NCBI GenBank assembly: GCA_030390025.1
Contig: CM059425.1
Coordinates: forward strand, 165,046,001-165,110,000
Source: Squalus acanthias
Lineage: Eukaryota
Length of the DNA: 64,000 nt
Direction: 5' to 3'
Shown here one piece after another: positions 48,815 to 61,509 of this stretch; position 1 is the stretch's first letter; each line of letters opens with the position of its first letter. The notes under the pieces were generated by a model, which saw only the letters and a list, made by a program, of their open reading frames with translations, was not told the origin of the DNA and searched no databases. Both the position numbers and the translations under genes were made by a program.

Positions 48815-50379
48815 GGGGTAGAGTTTCCACTTTGGGGGCAATCGGCGATCCGGGCAAAAATTGCACCCAAGATTGCGCCTGTTATGAGAAGTGTTATTTT
48901 TCCCTCAAGTTTCTGCTTAAACTCATTTGCATATTGCTGAAAGTAAAATCTGCCATAAACCAGCACAATTGGGCAGCGTTTTAAAACTTAATTTAAAAAG
49001 AAAATTTCCGTCAAAAAAAAATTCTTTGATATATTTCAGAGTAGTAACTTGGTGCAGTTTGATTAATACAGCTGAAAATTGGTTTATCATCAAAAATAAG
49101 CCATTTTAATCACAGGGGGTGATTTTGCCAATGGGGAGCTTTTGGAGGCGGGACTCCCACTTGTCGGGTTTCAGTCCCGCCTCCAACAACTTCTGGCCAA
49201 CCCACGCTATTTTCCCTTGATTGACCTTGTTAAGCCGCCCAGCGGGTTTAGCAGACCAATTAAGGGAAAGCCGGTTGCAGAGCATGTCAACGTATGACGT
49301 TTCATCTGTCAAAAATTTTTGACAGATGAATTGTCATCGTTTGACAGCTCTGTGAAGCTGTCAAACAGTGACATTCTCTGCAGTTTGATGAGGTCTTGAA
49401 TACAAAACCCCATCAAACTTCTTTCTTTTACAGAAATGAGATGGTTGTTGCATCTGTGAATGCAATGGCCACCTGTCAATCCCAACGCAAAGGTCTGAGA
49501 CTCTCCGCATACAAACTGACTGAAGCCTGCAGGAAGAAACAAAGGTAAGTACACTTTTAATAGCACTTTGCACTTACCTCAGATACTCACCTCTACACTC
49601 TTGCACCCATCACTTACCTTCACACCACACTTTTGCACCCCACAGACCCCCTACTAGCCTCTCTGAGCTGACGGGTTTTGGAGCCTCCGGAAAGCCTGCA
49701 CTTGTGAGGGCAAAAAGGAGATAATCCTATTTTCTGCCTGTTAACTACCTGTTAACAGGCAGTTAATAGGCTTTAATCCCTTCCCGCCTCCAAGGAGACT
49801 GGACCCGGTGTGGGATGGCTACCCGCCTCCTAGGAAGATGGCATGGAGGCGAGTTGGGGGCGGGTTGGGCACCCGCCCCCAAATTCTGCCATTTTCCCGG
49901 CAGACCCACCTCCATACCTGCCTCTCCAGGGCTGGCAAAATCGCCCCCACAGTGTCAATCCACCACCTGTGAGTAACCTGATTTAAATGACTGAAAATGA
50001 CTTAAAAAAAATATACAGAACCATTTTCTGGTTATATTGGGGTACAGTAGTCAGTTTTTAGAAAATTAAAAAAAAATTGCATTCAAAAGCTTTTAGAAGA
50101 ACCAGCTTAATTTTTAGAGCCTCCTCGAAGGTCTGCAAATGAACGCATTTAGCGGAAATTCCCAATGGTGATTAATTCGATCTTTGGGGGCGTGGCCAGG
50201 TTTGTGGGCGGGACGGGATTCTAGCGCAATGTTTTTTAAACTAGCACAAAAGATCGCAGCAACTCAATTTGCTTTGAATATAATTTGCGTTTCATTCCGC
50301 GATGTTTTGTGCGGATTACGCTGCTTTCAGGCAAATCGCGCCGAAAGAAAACCATACAACCGAGCGGAAACTCTACCCC
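48815..50379. mobile_element. Harbinger-type MITE containing a nested MITE
   Basis: Perfect 14-bp TIR GGGGTAGAGTTTCC with GTA/ATA flanks. Confidence 0.85.
49115..49948. mobile_element. Harbinger-type MITE, 834 bp
   Basis: TIR GGGGG(T/C)GATTTTGCCA, ACA TSD and a perfect 30-bp palindrome at 49301-49330. Confidence 0.9.
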
Positions 50380-50868
50380 ATAAAGTTTAATTTAAACTCA
50401 GAGCTAAATTGGTAGATTCTGGAATGCTGAATTTTTCTTTCCCACAGTGCTGTCTGCTTACAATTGTGTTATGAAATATTTTTTGTATTTCATTGAGATG
50501 ATGTAACCACATATGGTACAAATTGCACTTGAAAATAATCCTCTTTAGAAACCAACAGCTTTTATGAGAGGAAGTAAGAGAAAGCACGTGGAACATTTTG
50601 AGAAATTATACCATATCAGCCCTGTTTACACTAGTAACTGGTACTGTTTTTGTATAATTTGTGCCAGGTACCAACTGAAATAATTTTAACCTGCACTTTT
50701 ACTTTGTACTATATAGCAGTATTGCCTTATGAAGTATAAGCAGGTGCAAATATCTGACCTTGGAAAACCAACTTGCATCATGTTTTATGAGATAATTCTA
50801 CTGGCCCGGATCTGTTTGCTGCCTTAAATTGAGCTTTCCTTTTTTCAAGTTCAGTGTGAATAATTATT

Positions 50869-51653
50869 GGCCCGTGATTTGCAGCCCCTATGGGTGCGTA
50901 CGAGGTGTACACGCGCCCGTAAGGGCTGCGCAAGTTCTGGGTTTTCGCGCGCGAAGTGGGTATTTTATTTGCGGATCGGAAGCATTTCCCCGCATGCACA
51001 AAAACCCAGAACTTGCGATCTGTCGAGAATCTTCTTGACAGAGCCAACGCATCCACGGGAAAAGGGCATCCATGAGTGGCGAGTTGGGCTATTTGTCCAA
51101 CTTCTGCCCAGCGAATGCCTGTGAAATTCTTACGCCTGGTAAAAGCAGGCATAAGGCCTGCTTTTACCAGTGTAAGAGTTTAAAAAAACATTAAAATAAT
51201 TTTTTTCAATCATTTATACATTAAAAAACTTGTGCAATAAGGTAAGTTTATTTTTAGCCCCTTTAAAATATTTAAATTTATTTTTCAAAAGTTTAAATTT
51301 TAATTTTAAATATTTAAATAAATGGCATTTTAATGTGTTTTTTAAATTTATTTTATGTGTAGATGTATTTTTTGGGGCATTCCCATTCATGCTTATGGGG
51401 CTTCCGTACATATGGAAACCCCATAAGCATGAATGGGGTTCCCCTTCTTTTATTGGTTGGGCCGGCCCACGTGATCCCAGGGGCACTTGTGAACCGCCTG
51501 CGCCCCGGGATACGTGGGCCTCTCCCCGCGGGTACCCTGAGAGGCCCAGGACCGCGAATCTCCGTACCTCCCGGACCACCAGGTACGCGGGCATTTTATT
51601 TGCGGATCGGAGGCATTTCCCCACGGGAAGCCTCCAACCGCAAATTCAGGGCC
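50869..51653. mobile_element. Harbinger-type MITE
   Basis: TIRs GGCCCGTGATTTGC / GGCCCTGAATTTGC and an AT-rich core. Related to 54388-54713. Confidence 0.85.
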
Positions 51654-51852
51654 AATGATTTTGTCACTTGGGAGGAAAAAAAGCCTTCCTATCAGTGCCA
51701 ATATAGACCCATACAAGAAATTAAAGGACTTGGTCAGTTTTGCTACATTTTTTGACTTTTATTTTATTCTTTGCTTAATTTTTAGTGGCCCCGATCTGAT
51801 TGCCAGCATAAATTGAGCTTTCCTTTTTTCAAGTTTAGTATGAATAATTTAT

Positions 51853-54357
51853 GGCCTGGATTTTGCAGTCACCGTTCATTACTCTTACACTTGCCCGCAG
51901 ACTTTTTATGTACTTTTGCACTGGAACTTGCGGTAATTAGAAATCCATTTCAGCACGGCGCCCTCTACAGAGAAACTGGGACCTGTGTGAACAGGGCAGG
52001 CAACTGTGTGGCTGGAATTCTAAGCTGAAGCTGGGTTGGGAGCAGGGTGGGGGGCTAGGAAGCGGTAGGGAAACCCGAGAGCATTTCAAAGGTCTGTTTC
52101 TCACCCACAGCCAGCCAGATGGAGAGGCTGGCTGGCTGCGGGTGGGTAGGCCTGCGGCACTAGGCCGCAGAGAGCAGGGAGGGAGGGATTGGGTGGGGGC
52201 CGGTGGGGTGGTTGGGGGCTCGGAGGAGGATCGAGGTGGGGGGGGAGAGAAGAACGGGGCTGGAGCATCGGGGGTAGGGGTGGGGGAGAGAGAATCGGGG
52301 CCAGAGCATCGGGGTGGCGGAGGGGTGGGGGGGTTGGCGGGGAGAGGGAAGCATAGATCGGGGCTGGAAGATGAATCAAAACAGAATCATTTGTGCTGAA
52401 GATCTATGAGCTGAATTGCACCAAGATCTGGGACCAATCAATAGATAACCCCTTTCTCATCCATAGCTGCAAAGTTTCCAGATGCCAAGGGGCAGTGGTT
52501 TCAGCAGAAGAAGGGAGAAAAGGTGGAGAACTAGGAAAAAATAGAGAGAATGTGAGATGGCAGGAGGTTACCCAGAAAAGGTTTTGGGAGGGGAGGGCTC
52601 CCTGGTCTGAATTCAGCACCGATTGGTACTAAAAAGGAGCTTTTCTGTTTCTGAAAATTTCACATCACTAGCCTGTCATTTTCTATCCATTAAATTAAGC
52701 AGAAAACTCCCCTTCAATTCGGAGAGAAGAGAAAAATAGAATGTGCATATGTCACACAGGTATAGTAAGGAATGTTCCTCCAAGGTTCAGGGTTAATGTA
52801 AACCTGTGTTTGGGAGCAAGATGAAGATTCAAAAAAGGCAACCAATGATTTCAAAGGCAACTCTTCTGAGGTGAAGTTTATTGATGCGGTTCTACCCAAT
52901 CAAAGCGTTGAGTTTAATTTCCCTCTGATCTGCTGTACCACTGTACATCGCTGTAGTGAAAGACACAATTCACACACAATGGCAGACAAGAGAATCTCAT
53001 TGATAACTGTTCAATGATACTCAGCCTCCAGGATTAACTCTAATCAGCACATCTCATCCTGACTGATGTGGATTTAATTGGCTTGAGATGTCATTTTCTG
53101 CAGCAAGATTGGATAAGTGTTTCGTTGTTCGCAAGGATGCTTGGCTCCGGATAAATACCTCACTCAGGCATTGAGTCTAATCCAAGCATATAAAGACCAC
53201 GCACAGCACCAAATCAATTCATTTCTAAATCATTCTCATTAAAGGGGCTATATTGAATTGCACCGCCACCTTAAATTTCAGAAAGGGAGCCTGTACATTG
53301 GTATTGGTACAATTACCGATCACCCCTTGTCGGCTTTGCCCTGCATTACGATTCAGAACTACTGGCTACAGCCACCATAGAAGTAGGGACGGATTGGGTG
53401 GGGGCCGGGGGGTGGTGGTCGGGGGCTGTAGGAGGGTGGGGGGGAGAGAGGATCGGGGCCGGAGGATTGGGAGTGGGGGGAGGGAAGCATCGATCGGGGC
53501 TGGAGCATCGGGGTGGGGGGGGGAGGGACCATTGGGGCCGGAGCATCGGGAGGTGGGACGGGAGGTAAGCATGGGTCCGGGGGAGGAAAGCATAGATCGG
53601 GGCCAGAGCTTCGGGGTGGTTGGGTGGGGGGGAGGGAAGAATCTGGGCCGGAGCATTATTGAGGGGGGTGGGGGAAGCTTCGGGGTTGGAGCATCGGGGA
53701 GGAGAGAAGCAAGGATCGTGGCTGGAGCATCGGGTAGTGTGGGGGGATGGTGTACGGAGGGAAGCATCAGGGCTAGAGCATTGGGGTGTGGGGGGAGAGG
53801 GGGAGTCCGGGAAGGCAATCGGAGGCATTGTGGGATTCTTCGATCACAGGGGGTGGGTGAGGCAGGGATGCTGGATCCAAGAGGTAAGTGTAAAGGCACT
53901 TAGCTCCTGGATCCAGCAGTCCTTGCCTTAATTTCGCTGGCGGGTTCTCCGAGGCCTGCGAAACTCGACCAGCCACAGTTAAATTTGAAATGATGGTTAA
54001 ATCTGAGGTAGGCCAGCCTTATTATAATATTTAAATGGGCGACCCGCCTCCTGTGAGCGGACTGGCTGACCGACCCCCCGTCCCACCTCTGTTAAAACCA
54101 CAAGTGGGCGGTTTGAGGTTGGGATTCAGTTTTTTAACACTTTAATCTCCCACCCGACCACAACCCACCTGTTTTTTTGACATTAAAATTTCCCCCGTAT
54201 CTCCTTAACCAATCAGATTGTAGAATCTTTACTGAGGCTTCCTGATTTTCACATTTAACTGCGCATGTGCGGTCGGCGGAAGTTGCTGTCCAATTTACTC
54301 TTTAATAACGGTGAGAGCTGATAGCCTCAACGTTATTTTTACTGCAAAATCTGGGCC
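51853..54357. mobile_element. Harbinger-type MITE of the 9578 family with a nested G-rich element (~52009-54196)
   Basis: TIRs GGCCTGGATTTTGCAGT / GGCCCAGATTTTGCAGT. The nested element has GTG/GTA flanks. Confidence 0.8.
53385..53865 (+). repeat. G-rich degenerate minisatellite with G-quadruplex potential
   Basis: Repeated GGGGC(C/T)(A/G)GAGCATCGGGG units with many G4-G6 runs. A shorter copy lies at 52180-52370. Confidence 0.8.
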
Positions 54358-54387
54358 AATGATATTGTCACTGTTGAGCAAAATATT

Positions 54388-54713
54388 GGCCCGGATTTTC
54401 GGGGGCCTATGGTCGAAAGTGCCCCGCAAGTTCCAAGTTTCCACATGTGATGCACATGCGCGAAAACCTGGAACTTGCGATCTGTCAAATTTCAGCTTTA
54501 CAAATCGTATGAATCCGCACAAAATAGACATTCACTGGCGCAGAGTTGGGCTATTTGCCCAACCGCATGCACCCCTGCGATACGTGGGCCTTTACGCAGG
54601 CGTATGCCTGCAGGCCCAGGAGCGCGAGTCTTCAAAGGTATGGAGGCACCAGGTAGGCGTGGAGTTTACTTGCGGTTCACCCGCGGGAAGCCTCCGACCG
54701 CAATTTCCAGCCC
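54388..54713. mobile_element. Harbinger-type MITE, 326 bp
   Basis: TIRs GGCCCGGATTTT / GGGCTGGAAATT and ATT TSD. Confidence 0.82.
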
Positions 54714-55329
54714 ATTACTTCCTACCAGTTCCTGTACAGTCCCATGCAGGAAATTAAAGGATTTTGTTGGTTTTCCTCCATTTTTGTCTTTTATTTTATT
54801 CTTTGCTTAATTAAAAAAGCTATGACCTCTTGCATAAAACAATTGATTCTTAAGTATTATTTATCTATCACTGCTCAAAGGCGAATGTCAAATCCTATTG
54901 TGTTTCTCTCTAAAAATGTAAAAACATTTTAAAAAAGGAACAAATCAGGTCCCTTGGTCCGTCAAGCCAATTAATCTCCCGAGGATAGACGCGTCAACAT
55001 TTCTTGATGTTCTGCTAAAATGAGACTCCAGAATATTGCATCTTAGATTGTTTAACATTGACCAGTTGCCTTCATTGACATTTCCATGGTTCATGAACCA
55101 TCATGATCTGTAAAGCATTGCCGCATTTGTACTTACTCATAATCCTCATTCTTAATCAGATGTTCATGCAGCATCTTCTCCAAGGTGTTAATCAACCCAA
55201 CATTAACTGCTTGAATCTATTCCACATACCTATTACAGTGTGGGCAAAGGGGATACTTATTCAAGTCTTTCTTGAGGCTTATTTCTTTCATATTCAAGAC
55301 CTCTAGTTCAATGTTTACAGTCCAAATTA

Positions 55330-56576
55330 AATAACCTATTTTTCTGCAGTTTATAGAAGCATGGCAGGGTAGCTCAGTCCCATGGAATGCACATCTTGTG
55401 CCATGTGGGAACTCCAGGACGCTTCCCGTCTCCTGGACAACCACATGTACAGGAAGTGTCGTCAGCTGGAGGAGCTCGAGCTCCGGGTTTTGGAGCTTGA
55501 GCAGCAGCCGGCATCACTGCGGTGCATCCGTGAGGCTGAGAGCTATGTGGATAGCATGTTTCAGGAGGTGGTCACCCCGCTGTGTAAGAGTTTGCAGGCA
55601 GAGAGGGAATGGGTGACCGTCAGACCAACAAGGAGGTCCAGGCAGGTAGTGCAGGAGTCCCCTGAGTGCATCTCGCTCTCTAATCGGACTGAATATGGGT
55701 GAGGGCGATGGTTCCTCTGGAGAGTACAGCCAGAGCCAACTCCACGGCACCACGGGTGGCTCAGCTGTACAGGGGGGGGGGTGGAGGAAGATTGGGAAAG
55801 CAATAGCGATAGGAGATTCGATAGTTAGGGGAACAGACAGGCGTTTCTGTGGCCATGACTCCAGGATGGTATGTTGTCTCCCTGGTGCCAGAGTCAAGGA
55901 TGTCACTGAGTGGCTGCAGGATATTCTGATGGGGCAGGGTGAACAGCCAGAGGTCGTGGTCCATATTGGTATCAACGACATAGGTAGAAAGAGGGATGAG
56001 GTCCTGCAGGCAGATTTTAGGGAGCTAGGACAGAGATTAAAAAGCAGGACCTCAAAGGTAGTAATCTCTGGATTACTCCTGGTGCCACAAGCAAGTGAGT
56101 ATAAAAATAGGAGGATAGAGCAGATGAATGCGTGGCTGGCGAGATGGTGCAGGAAGGAGGGCTTTAGATTCCTAGGACATTGGGACCGATTCTGCGGGAG
56201 GTGGGACCTGTACACCAACCTTATTTACCACGCTTTGTACATTTACACACATGCACTGTAAACCTATCTTAAACCTTCTTGTATTCTCTTAGTCTGACCC
56301 CACCTAATACCGTACTATTTCTTACTCTAGTGCTATCTGTCTCTCCCAATCCTTTGTGCACCTTGTTTCTCCTTTCTAATGCTACATCCTGTGCCCATCC
56401 CCAGCCAAATTAGTTTCAAAATGGAATTGCTAAGTACCTGAAGAAAAAAAATTTGCAGGGCTACGGGGAAAGGGCGGGGGAATGGAACTAGCTGAAGTGC
56501 TCTTGCAGAGAGCCGGCACATGCTCGATGGGCCGAATGACCTCCTTCTGTGCTGTAACCATTCTGTGATTCTATGA
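55330..56576 (+). mobile_element. Rearranged CR1: ORF1 remnant, inverted internal piece (~56215-56416) and 3' tail
   Basis: ORF1 pieces 55382-55702 and 55695-56261 closely match the ORF1 at ~5560-6510. The segment 56230-56416 matches 5380-5566, and a tail follows at 56420-56576. Confidence 0.88.
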
Positions 56577-56779
56577 TGCAGTGACTCTCCATAACTTTGA
56601 TCCCAGACTCATCCTAGTCACTCTTTCCTTTTACATGTTCTTTTCAAAAAAGTTGTGCAAGATTTAGATTATAACCTAGTTCTCTTAATCCTGCATGCTT
56701 GTTATTAATAGTCATTTTCAAATAATTTCCAGTGTGTTAGTGTTTACAGAACTTGTAATTGTTGTACTATTTTAAATAG

Positions 56780-56868
56780 GTGGTGCTACTTACAGAGGGA
56801 CTGAGTTCAAGAGCTGCTCAGATGTTGGAGATACAGAATGCTTTAGAACCTTTAAATGAACAATTCAG
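56780..56868 (+). CDS. Host-gene exon VVLLTEGLSSRAAQMLEIQNALEPLNEQF(R)
   Basis: ctattttaaatag acceptor and CAG|GTAAAC donor. Phase 0 in, phase 2 out. Confidence 0.85.
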
Positions 56869-57383
56869 GTAAACACAATACAGAATCTACGATAAAGCCC
56901 TGTTTCTTGGGAGACTGTTCTTGGGTTCAAATCCAGCCCAGACGAATGGGGCATCTGTCTCTTCTGTCTCTGCCAGCTGTAAGTGTTCCACTTGAAATGA
57001 GCTTTGATAGTGTGAATCCAGTTCCTTGATAGATTCAAGTTAACAACACAAAATTACACAAAAGTAAATACAAATTGGCACAAAATTGTCAATTTTACTC
57101 AGAGATGCCTTCTCACAGAGAGACCAGTGATTCTTATTTCTGTGCTTAAATTTGCAATTCGCAGGGTCAGAATATTTATTTTTCAAAGTACCATTCAAGA
57201 ATTAAACAAATAAATTATTTGCTTATGCTCACAATATTTCTTGGTCTCTCCTTTCCAACGCCTCTTTTTTTATGTAAGAGTTCCCTCCACTATGTTTTAC
57301 TTTTGCCATTAGTGCACATTCTGCACACAATAACAGCCATGGCTATGTTGCAGAAGCACCTCATTGACATTGTGAACACAGCC

Positions 57384-59257
57384 ATGGCACAACAGGCAAG
57401 GGAAAGGACGAGGAGATTTTTAGATGCGGCACTGGAGGCCTTGGTTCTGGGGTACAAAGACGACGTGAGGTCCTCTACCCGCAGGGGGGCAGGAAGCTTT
57501 CAAGGCAGAACAGCAAAAGGCCGTGGGAGGAGATAGCTGAAGCTGTCAGTGTGATGCGTGCTGTCCCCAGGACCTGGATCCAGTGCCGCAAAGAGTTTAA
57601 TGACCTCACACGAGTTGTCAAGGTGAGTGAATGCATCATCAAATGGCATATCCCACCATCTACACCAGAAGCCTCACACGCTGCTCAGTGCACCACACCC
57701 CATCACTCACCTACCAACAATCTCTAGCAGTCACCACTCAGACCTCACAATCATAGTTCACCTCACCCTCACACACTTACCACTGCTGCAAGACTCACAC
57801 CCACATCTCACACCTTGCCCATAATGCCAGCTATTCAACCATGGCAGGCACCTCACTCAAACACATTGCACCACACTCACTGACACACTTCCCTTTCTCT
57901 TGCAGGCAAAGGTGGCACACAACCGCTGGGAGCAGCAGCAGACGGGTGGAGGGGAAGCCAGACTTCAGAACCTGACGGACCTGGAGGATGCAGTTCTCAA
58001 CATAATTGGAGGGGCAGTGACAGAGTTCATGGCAAGCGGGGAAGTTGAAAGCATTGCTGATGATGACGATATGTTCATACCTAATCCTTCTTCTCACATC
58101 CCACTTCCCCCTCATCCCACAATCCCTTCTCACTTACAAGCTGCTGATGGTGTATGCATGAATATCTTGCTTTCCCGCACCCCCCGCCGCCCCCCCCCCC
58201 CCCCCCCCCCCCGCCCCACCGCCACCACAACCCGACCCTTGTGCCTTTCTCCTTTCAGATACTCAAGAACTCCAATCTGGCCAGCTAGTCCCTCAAGTGA
58301 TGGAGGAGAAGACACACCGGCACTGCATCTGTCACTCGCAGACACCAGCTCAGAAAATGGCACTGCGCGTCATTTAAAGGGTATAGAGGCAGGATCTGCA
58401 CAGGGTGAGTCACCAGGCACGAGTGGGCTGCAGCCAGGCCAGGGGGAAAGGGTAGCTCGGGGTCCAGCTCCCCGGAGGGCGGGTTCGTGCATGGGTTCTG
58501 CTGCACAGGACTCAGATGATGACCTCGATGGGGCAGTCTTCAGAAGAAGGGTGATGGGCATGCACACCGAAAAGCTTGGTGCAATGGCAAGCCTGCCAGA
58601 GAATCTCTTGTCAGTGTCAAGGAGCATGGAGGAGTCCGGCTCCAACATTGGACGGGGCTTTGCGTGGAGCTTGGAGCCCATGATTTCCAGGATGGAAATA
58701 ATGGGCAACTCCATGAGAAACTGTGTCAACCCAGACATGATGCTCCGTGTGATGGGCGATGTCGCAGCTTCCATTGCAGCACAGGCAGAAGCGACCCAAC
58801 ATCTTGGTGCTGCCGTGTAAGCTCAGACTGCTGCCCTCGTGGCTGGGTTTACGAGTGTCGAAAGGGCTTGCAGAGTCTCACAGCACTCCAGCAATCTGAC
58901 CCAACAGATGGCTAGGAATGCTGAGGCGCCGCCCAGGGAGACTGGCAGTGGCTCTGTCAGGATGACAGCATTCCTACTCCCACCACTGCCACTCTGCCAA
59001 TGCCATTGCTGCTGCCTGTCATCCAGCCAGTCCAGACTGCTGCCACCCATGCCGAGGTGGTGCAGTCTACAGCCGGGCCTTCTCGGTCCACAGCTGGTTG
59101 AGGTCATCCTGCAAGTCCATCTGTAGTCTCCCCCATTGAAAGTCAGCAGCCTTCCACCAGCCATGCTGCAGCCACTGTCAGAGCACTTCGTAGGAGCACT
59201 AGAGTAGGAAAAGGTACACGAAAGACAGACACTAAGGGAATGCACAAGGGTGATTAG
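57384..59257 (+). pseudogene. Harbinger Myb/SANT pseudogene (3 exons)
   Basis: Exon 1 has frameshifts, the exon 2 donor appears mutated to AT near 58069, and exon 3 has a premature TAA at 58818-58820. Confidence 0.85.
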
Positions 59258-59424
59258 TTGATGTTCTTTTGATTTGGATTTGATAAATTTATAAATTATG
59301 TTTGGAATGTTTGTTTTGTGGTGGCTCTCATTTCAGCTTTGTACCCAGGAGGACATTGTGATGGTCCGTGACAGAGGGATGGTAAGGTGGGGAAGTGGTG
59401 AGCAACGGGGACCTGGGGTTTCAT

Positions 59425-60529
59425 TCACTGGAACTGGAGTCTGATGAGGCGCTCACAGACAGCTCGTCCAGAATGGGGATCGGCTGCCTGCCTCCTCCCT
59501 TCCTCCTCTTCCTCCTCCTCCTCCTCCTCCTGAGGTGGTCCCGGAACCCGTGCTGGCAAGGACTTGGCCTTCATGATGGCCAAGTTGTGGAGCATGCAGT
59601 AGACCACGACTAAATGGACACCCGCTCCGGCATGTACTGGTGGTCTCCTCCTGAGTGGTTAAGGCAGCAGTACTGTTGCTTTAGCACTCCGATGGTCTGC
59701 TCGATGACATTCTTTGTGGCAGCATGACGGTCAATATATGAGTGCTGGTCACGAGTGGTGGGGTTGCAGAGGGGAGGCATCAGCCAGGTGTAGAGCGGAT
59801 AGCCCTTGTCTCCGAGCAGCCACCCTTGGGTTTGATGTGGTGGCTGGAAGATTGATAGCACACTGGACTGGCGCAGGATGAAGGCACCATGACTACTGCG
59901 AGGATATCGGGATTCACTATCATGATGCGCTGGGTGTGGTCACACAACAACTGCACATTAAGTGCGGTTACGGAACATCTCAGGATATACGATGCCTGCA
60001 AAGCCACGTGTGTACAGTCGATGGCGCTCTGCACTATGGGGAAGCCCGATATACTGGCAAAGCCACATGCGCACTCATCCTACTTCTCTCTGTCAGAGAG
60101 AGACAATGAAGCCCCTTCTCCAGTGACCTCCCGGATGCAGCGATGGACAGCGAACTGGGAGATGTTAGCTATGTCTCCTGCTGCAGACTGGAAAGATCCA
60201 GTGGCGCAAAAATTGAGGGCCACGGTGACCTTGAGGCCCATTGGGAGTGCCATCATCGCCCTGCTCTGAGGCTGCAGGTCTGGTTGCAGGAGGTGGCAGA
60301 GTTCTGTGACCACCTTCTTGGTGAAGCGGAGCCACGAACACAGTGGTCCTGGCTTAGGTGTAGGTAGGAGAAGTGTTCCCTGAAGACCCTGAGTGGGTAA
60401 GGCCTCCTACTGAGAGCCCTCCTGCCCCATCCTCCTCCCTCTGTGAGCATCTTGTCCCTTTCTTCGCTGCCTCTGCTCCAGCTCCCTGTCATACTCGAGC
60501 ACGAGGGGGGCTGCAAGTAGAGCCCCCAT
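59425..60529 (-). pseudogene. Harbinger transposase pseudogene
   Basis: Fragments ATGSFQSAAGD, AIDCTHV, LLGDKGYPL, IEQTIGVLKQ and CMLHNLA in shifting frames, homologous to 46948-47931. Confidence 0.9.
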
Positions 60530-61304
60530 GACTGGGAGCAAGTGGTGTGAGCAGAACCCTTTAAATGAGAAGCATAGAAACATAGAAAAATAGGAGCAGG
60601 AGTAGGCCATTCAGCCCTTCGAGCCTGCTCTGCCATTCAATATGATCATGGCTGATCCTCTATCTCAATACCATATTCCCGTTCTCTCCCCATACACCTT
60701 GATGCCTTTTGTGTCTAGAAATCTATCTATCTCCTTCTTAAATATATTCAGTGACTTGGCCTCCACAGCCTTCTGTGATAGAGAATTCCACAGGTTCACC
60801 ACCCTCTGAGTGAAGTAATTTCTCCTCATCTCAGTCCTAAATGTCCTACCCCGTGTCCTGAGACTGTGACCCCTCGTTCTAGACCCCCCAGCCAGGGGAA
60901 ACATTCTCCCTGCATCTAGTCTGTCTAGCCCTGTCAGAATTTTATACCTTTCAATGAGATCCCCTCTCATTCTTCTAAACTCTAGTGAATACAGGCCTAG
61001 TCAACCCAATCTCTCCTCATACGACAGTCCTGCCATCCCAGGAATCAGACTGGTGAACCTTCGCTGCACTCCCTCTATGGCAAGTATATCCTTTCTTAGG
61101 TAAGGAGACCAAAACTGCACACAGTTCTCCAGGTGTGGTCTCACCAAGGCCCTGTACAACTGTAGCAAGACATCCTTGCTCCTGTGCTCAAATCCTCTTG
61201 CAATGAAGGCCAACATACCATTTGCCTTCCTAACTGCTTGCTGCACCTGCATGTTTGCTTTCAGTGCCTGGTGTACAAGGACACCCAGGTCCCTCTGTAC
61301 ATCA

Positions 61305-61509
61305 GTGAGAAGTCGCACAACACCAGGTTATAGTCCAACAGTTTTATTTGAAATCACAAGCTTTCGGAGCTGCTGCTCCTTCACCTGACGAAGGAGCAGC
61401 AGCTCCGAAAGCTTGTGATTTCAAATAAAACTGTTGGACTATAACCTGGTGTTGTGCGACTTCTCACTTTTATCCACCCCAGTCCAACACCGGCATCTCC
61501 GCATCGTGG
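61305..61509 (+). mobile_element. 205-bp Penelope-derived fold-back insertion with 13-bp TSD
   Basis: TSD CCTCTGTACATCA (61292-61304, 61510-61522). Perfect 79-bp inverted arms at 61304-61382 and 61390-61468. Confidence 0.88.
61381..61418 (+). ncRNA. Minimal type I hammerhead ribozyme motif
   Basis: UCAC CUGACGA A GGAGC AGCA GCUCC GAAA GCUU GUGA: intact core, stem I UCAC/GUGA, stem II GGAGC/GCUCC and palindromic AGCU stem III. Confidence 0.8.

Larger units (their letters stand above)
50802..54812 (+). repeat. Old ~200-bp tandem duplication (units 50802-51780 and 51786-54812) expanded by MITE insertions
   Basis: Both units share TAAATTGAGCTTTCCTTTTTTCAAGTT, GAAATTAAAGGA and CTTTTATTTTATTCTTTGCTTAATT. 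Confidence 0.85.

Noticed and set aside
53253..53903. Gly-rich and Pro-rich ORFs on both strands
   Set aside because: Products of the G-rich minisatellite.
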